A stretch of DNA of 64,000 nt from Octopus vulgaris (taxonomy: Eukaryota), in NCBI GenBank assembly GCA_951406725.2, contig OX597832.1, positions 33,356,001 to 33,420,000 of the forward strand, written 5' to 3'. Below the pieces are notes generated by a model that was not told the origin of the DNA, ran no database searches, and saw only the letters and a list, made by a program, of their open reading frames with translations. Of the stretch, positions 59,071 through 64,000 are shown piece by piece. Both the position numbers and the translations under genes were made by a program. How positions within the stretch are numbered: the first letter of the stretch is position 1; every line of letters starts with the position of its first letter.

Positions 59071-60281
59071 CTATGTGACACGGCCGACCATCGCTCTTGC
59101 CTCATTGAGGCAAGACTCGCTGGTCAGGTCAGTGTCCAGAGGTATAATCTCGAAGGAGTCCGCTGGGAAGGAACCCACGATCCTGTGTAGATCAGCCCTT
59201 CTCACGACCTCCGCAGCTAACTGCCAAGGCCACTCGGGGTTCTCCGTACAGGTTCGGAGTATCTCCCAACGTCCTTTCTTTCTCACTTTTCTTACGGTGC
59301 TTTCCACCTTTTCTCCTTTAGAAAAGAGGAGCACAAAATCTTCCACGAATTGTCCCTCAGGCGGCACACCCGCCTGAGAGGACCCGGGATACTCGGGAAC
59401 CGCCGTCTGCGTGTAGCAATCCGCCGGTGGGGCTCCGTTTCTCTTTTTTTTCTTTTTCTTCTGGCCCTGGGCCACGGGAGGCTGAGGTTCCGGAGCTGTG
59501 CGCACCGGGTTCTCCCCTCCCGCAGCTTTCAGGTCCTTTGGTGGGTCGCCATTGCTCCCCATCTTTCTCTTTCTTTTGGAGGAGGATTCCCCCCCCTCAC
59601 TTTGCTTCTCTCCCTCCATTGAGGAGGCAGGGAGAGGCTCCAATATCAGCCGCTCCAGGATCCTACTCTGGTCCCTGGGGCAGCTCTTCTTGATGTGGCC
59701 GGTCTCCAAACACAGATGACACTTGGGGGGGGGGGGCGTCCCTCAAGCATCACCGGATACTTGGACCCGGCCATTCTCAAAACGTCCGGCAAAACCAGAC
59801 TCTTGGCTGACTGGGTCGATAGGGTTAAGGTAGCCTTAGACCCCTCCCAATCAGCCGCAGGCTGTATATTGACATTTAGGATTTTTGCGTCCCTGTCACC
59901 CAGACCCCGGCGGATAGAGTCTTCTATCCACTCGGGTTCAATGCCGGGTGGCAGGCCGCAGACCCATAGTCTTGTCAATTTTTCTCCCTTGTAACTAGGG
60001 AGAAACAAGATTTCTTTGCCCTCAATGGGCTTGCTTGCAAAATCGCAAGCATCTTTTGGGGAGTCAAACAGCAACCAAACCGTTGCGTATTTGGCTCCCC
60101 GTGTGATATATTTCACGGCTGGCATGTGGTTTGCCAGCTCTTCAATAATTTTCGCCTGCGGAAACACCATGATAGCGTTGAGCGACCTTGAATAAGTCCT
60201 CAGTACCACGGTCTTATCCTCGAGCTGTTTGACATATTTTTTGGGAGCTTCCAGCTCCCAAACAATCAATTCCTTTGCCAT
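59071..60281 (-). CDS. Tx1/L1-type ORF1 (gag-like) protein with CCHC zinc knuckle, ~403 aa if one frameshift is corrected
   Basis: aaaaATGG at 60281 (MAKELIVW..). LPSYKGEKLTRLWVCGLPPGIEPEWI is homologous to the Tx1 ORF1 at 27.9 kb. A frameshift in the 12-nt homopolymer at 59725-59736 joins EGRP to KCHLCLETGHIKKSC (CX2CX4HX4C). TAG at 59071. Confidence 0.8.
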
Positions 60282-60558
60282 TTTTAACAAAAAATATAAA
60301 TACAGTTCGAATAGGAAAAACACAAAAGTGATAGAAAGAGGGAAGAAAAAACAAAATGGAAACGAGAGTTACAATAAAAACAGTTCGGAGTTCAAATGAA
60401 GGATAGCTAGAGGAAGAAGTTCAAATGTGGCACAGAATTATTTTTTTTTTTGCCGAAAAGGTAGTCCAGGCCAAACGTCACGGCAATCCTTGGTAATTCT
60501 GGTGCTTGTAAAAACAGTCCACGAATATCCTTGGTGCCTCCTGGTAATCCAAATGTGC

Positions 60559-61136
60559 AATATTCCACGTGTGGTAATCCAAAGCGAAATTGGTGCTCCA
60601 ATGAATCGAATTATTTTTGATGAGGGCTACACCTCTTCAAAAAACACACTTCTCACTAAAACGTGAGATTTTAAATACAACAGGCAGAAAAATATATCCG
60701 AAGCAAAGCGAAGTTTTATTACCCGCAAAAAATTATTAACGCTAATTAACGTTGACGCCAAAAAGTATTAATGGCAGGCAATAAACCTCGCTAAGCCTCT
60801 AAAAATATTCAAAAAGTCCTACCTGCTGTTGCCAAACAGTTCAATATTCCACGTGTGGTAATCCAAAAGTGAAAATTGGTACTCCAATGAGTCAAAAATA
60901 TTTCTGAGGAGGGGCTACGCCTTCCTCAAAAAAACACAATTTCTCACTAAAAAGTGAGACTTTTAAATACGCCAACAGGTAGAAAAATATATCCGAAGCA
61001 AAGTGAAGTATATTACCCGCAAAAATTATTAACACTAAATAGCGTTGTTAATGTTAAAAAGTATTAACGGCAGGCAATAAACATCATTAGGCTTCCAACA
61101 ATATTCGAACGCCCCACCTGTTGACGTAAAATGTTC
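60559..61136 (-). repeat. Two tandem ~290-bp monomers in the element's 5' UTR
   Basis: Units 60559-60842 and 60843-61136, each starting aatattccacgtgtggtaatccaaa on the plus strand. Confidence 0.92.
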
Positions 61137-61191
61137 AATAATTCACGTTAAAACGTGACATTTGCCGGAGCGAAAAAAAAAACACGTCCGC

Positions 61192-61228
61192 TTGGTAAGC
61201 AAGCTACTTACCATACAGCCACTCCTGC

Positions 61229-61231
<3 letters not shown>
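61192..61231 (-). mobile_element. Head of the interrupted family-B SINE
   Basis: Sense gacgcaggagtggctgtatggtaagtagcttgcttaccaa continues directly into the body at 58733 once the insert and one TSD copy are removed. Confidence 0.88.
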
Positions 61232-61276
<45 letters not shown>

Positions 61277-61804
61277 TCATTATCATCATCATCATAATCA
61301 TGTAACGTCTGTTTTCCATGCGCCTGTGACTTGCACGGTTTCCGTTCTGCAAATGTATTTGGAGTCGATTTTTTCTGCAAAACTCTTCAAGGCAGTGCTC
61401 CAGTATGGTTGAAATCCAATGACTGAAACGGGTAATAAAAGATGAATGAAATTACATTGGTGACCGATTGCAAGGCAGCTAATAGGGGAGTAGCGGCCAT
61501 TAATATGGCTTGCTGAAAGGAACTACCGTATGTTTGGAACGTCAGTGTACCAATGCAACATTGACCGTGAAGTAAATAAAATGAGATATGAGGGGAAAAA
61601 ACTTGGAGATGGAATGCGTAAGTGACCAAAATACATTAGTAGTTAATTCTTTCTAATTTAGTCACAAGGCCAGCAATTTGAAGAGTGGGGCTAAGCTGAT
61701 TACATGGACCCCTACCACCACCCTTACTCAACTGGTGCTTAGTTTATGGAACCTAAATAGAAAGACTAAGGGAGAATCTTGGCTCTCACAATATAGAAAC
61801 ATTT

Positions 61805-62040
61805 CTGACGGCACCAGGTTACAAAACAGAAAAGGCGTTACCTCGCAGGATATACGATGGTGATGCATTGGAACAGCCGCTCGGCCTCATGGGGCTTGCA
61901 CTTGAGGACAGTAGCTTCCATCCCGATAGAGGTGAGCAGGGATATAATTCAGGTGTCAAGAATATCAGAGGTCTCATCTGCCACAGGCTCGACCAGAAAA
62001 CTGTCGGAGAGCGACTGATAACAGAAGAAATGCTTGAGGG
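61805..62040 (-). mobile_element. C-terminal fragment of a CRE-like RLE non-LTR retrotransposon
   Basis: YQSLSDSFLVEPVADETS..LLTSIG..EAERLFQCI, then (after a frameshift) ILRGNAFSVL. This resembles the PxAxETxG...LFQRxSxAxQRGNA end of CRE/NeSL-type proteins. Confidence 0.7.
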
Positions 62041-62703
62041 CAATAACCATCAGTTCCTTAATGAAGATACGGTAACAAAATCCATTTGAAATTGAATAGA
62101 TACAAGATAATGGTAAGGAAAAACTATAAATTTCTTTTGAATTCGTAATAAGAGCGAAGTGAGGATTTGAACTCAGAACAAAGAGCTTCTGGGGAAATTT
62201 TGCAAAGAAATCTATTTTTCTAATGACTCAGACGTTTTCACCTTTAAGGAATTTCCATACAGATATGCAGACACGTACGCACACACACACACACACACAC
62301 ATACAAACAAATATGCCAAAATGTATCTTACACACACACGTTATTATATGTGTGCGATTGCGTGTGCGTACACATATGTGTGGGTAGAATGCACACACAC
62401 ACAAACATGCCAATATGTACCGTGTTTATGCTTGTGAACGTATGTTTGCATAGAAGTTATAGCAAACTGATCGATAAATATACTGATCCATATCTCTCTT
62501 ATACCATTAATCGTTCAATAAAATATTCAACTAGGTTAAGCAACAAATAAATAGATTCTACATAAACTCTATTGTATAAAACTTACAATAAAATACACCG
62601 TACAGATTACAGCAAAGTACCGCTCCCCATTTAAGAGGCAGACACGCGTTTTAACAGCCGAAACAAGGTTTGCGCTCTTCAAAATGTTGGTTAGAATTGG
62701 AAA

Positions 62704-62986
62704 AGCGATAAAGCGTGACGGCACCATTATCCCTCGCCTAACATCAAGAGCGATGCATTAATAGCTTCGTAATATATGGGAGGCCTTTCTGTCGCATCCT
62801 GTATTTGGTGCACCATAAAATTTATAGTGAAGTGTATACTATAAAATAGCGATAAAGCGTGACGGCACCATTATCCCTCGCCTAACATCAAGAGCAATGC
62901 ATTAATAGTTTCGTAATATATGGGCAGGCCTTTCTTTACCCCGCTCGCAAAAGCCTGTGAGTAGATTGGTGCACCATAAAATTTAT
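62704..62986. repeat. Tandem duplication, period 144 bp, with one unrelated internal segment
   Basis: Units 62704-62825 and 62848-62986. Confidence 0.9.
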
Positions 62987-63393
62987 GATCACTGAAGTGC
63001 GTTTGACGTATGGCTGTCTATAAATATGTAAACGTGCGCGCGTCTGTTTTTGTCCCTAATCACCGCTTGGCAACCCATTTTGGTTTGTTTACGTCCCTGT
63101 AAGCTAGAAGTTTCATCAAAAGGGGTTGATAAAATATTAATGCTAGTGCTGATTCGTTCAACAAAAATTTTCCATGGAAGTGCCCCAGCATGGTCGAAAT
63201 CGAACACGTTGTATGTCTCTGGCCACTAGTTAATCGAAGTGAGAAAATTACTATTTTATCAATCGTGGTTTGAATTTACAATCGAAGCGAAACCAAGGTG
63301 AGGCAAAGAACGTGGTATATATATATATATATATATATATATGTTTAAATAGTGCAAGATTTTTTATGTGAAGTCGTGTGTTGAAACAGATAT

Positions 63394-63684
<291 letters not shown>

Positions 63685-63749
63685 TTGTCGGGCAATCAAT
63701 ATTGCTGATGTTATTGGTCCGTTGTATTGGTCTCTGCAGACAATCCTAA

Positions 63750-64000
63750 CACTGCGAAGAATTGGATTCTTCACAACGAGAAGGCACCCTGTCACCGAGC
63801 TCTCCTCATTCGTGAGTTTCTCGCCCAAAACAGCATGCTATTACTTCCTCGCCTGCCTTATTCGCCAAATTTGGCAGCTGCATCCTTGCATCTCTTCCCC
63901 CAAGAGGAAAATGCTGTTCAAATGTCACCGTTTTAACACCGTTGTCGAGACGAAGAGCGAATCGCAGAAGGTCCTCGACTCACTTACGGAAAACGATTGC
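63750..64000 (+). mobile_element. Mariner transposase fragment (runs off the window end)
   Basis: [39 protein letters not shown] matches the mariner motifs HDNAPxH and YSPDLAPxDFxLFP. Confidence 0.9.

Larger units (their letters stand above)
58752..61191 (-). mobile_element. Full-length ORF1-only (HAL1-like) Tx1-related non-autonomous retrotransposon, 2,440 bp, 18-bp TSD
   Basis: Identical direct repeats ttggtaagcaagctactt at 58734-58751 and 61192-61209. 5' end gcggacgtgttt. Single ORF1, no ORF2. 3' end has a stem-loop and AATAAA overlapping the TSD. Confidence 0.88.

Noticed and set aside
62704-62986. CRISPR-like repeat/spacer arrangement
   Set aside because: Only two long units, eukaryotic context, no cas genes.

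Overview
Eukaryotic, AT-rich, microsatellite-saturated intergenic/intronic DNA. The SINE families and repeat landscape look like octopus (coleoid cephalopod); this is an inference. Most ORFs in the supplied track are simple-repeat artefacts. The recognisable content is mobile DNA: decayed mariner and Tc1 transposons, a Helitron, MITEs, three R4/Dong-type RLE LINE fragments in (TAA)/(TGA) repeats, a CRE-type fragment, two Tx1-clade LINE fragments, two tRNA-derived SINE families, a ~550-bp (AAT)n-embedded repeat in three copies, and a repeat with a decayed hammerhead-like core. The highlight is a 2,440-bp ORF1-only (HAL1-like) Tx1-related retroelement at 58752-61191, inserted into a SINE head with a perfect 18-bp target-site duplication. 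Its 3'-terminal stem-loop is shared, with compensatory changes, by an ORF2-bearing Tx1 3' end (~24130) and a SINE subfamily tail (~20380), suggesting a LINE / half-LINE / SINE system. Several short minus-strand ATG..GT exons, all phase 0, may be alternative first exons of a host gene lying left of the window. Several long hairpins are also present.
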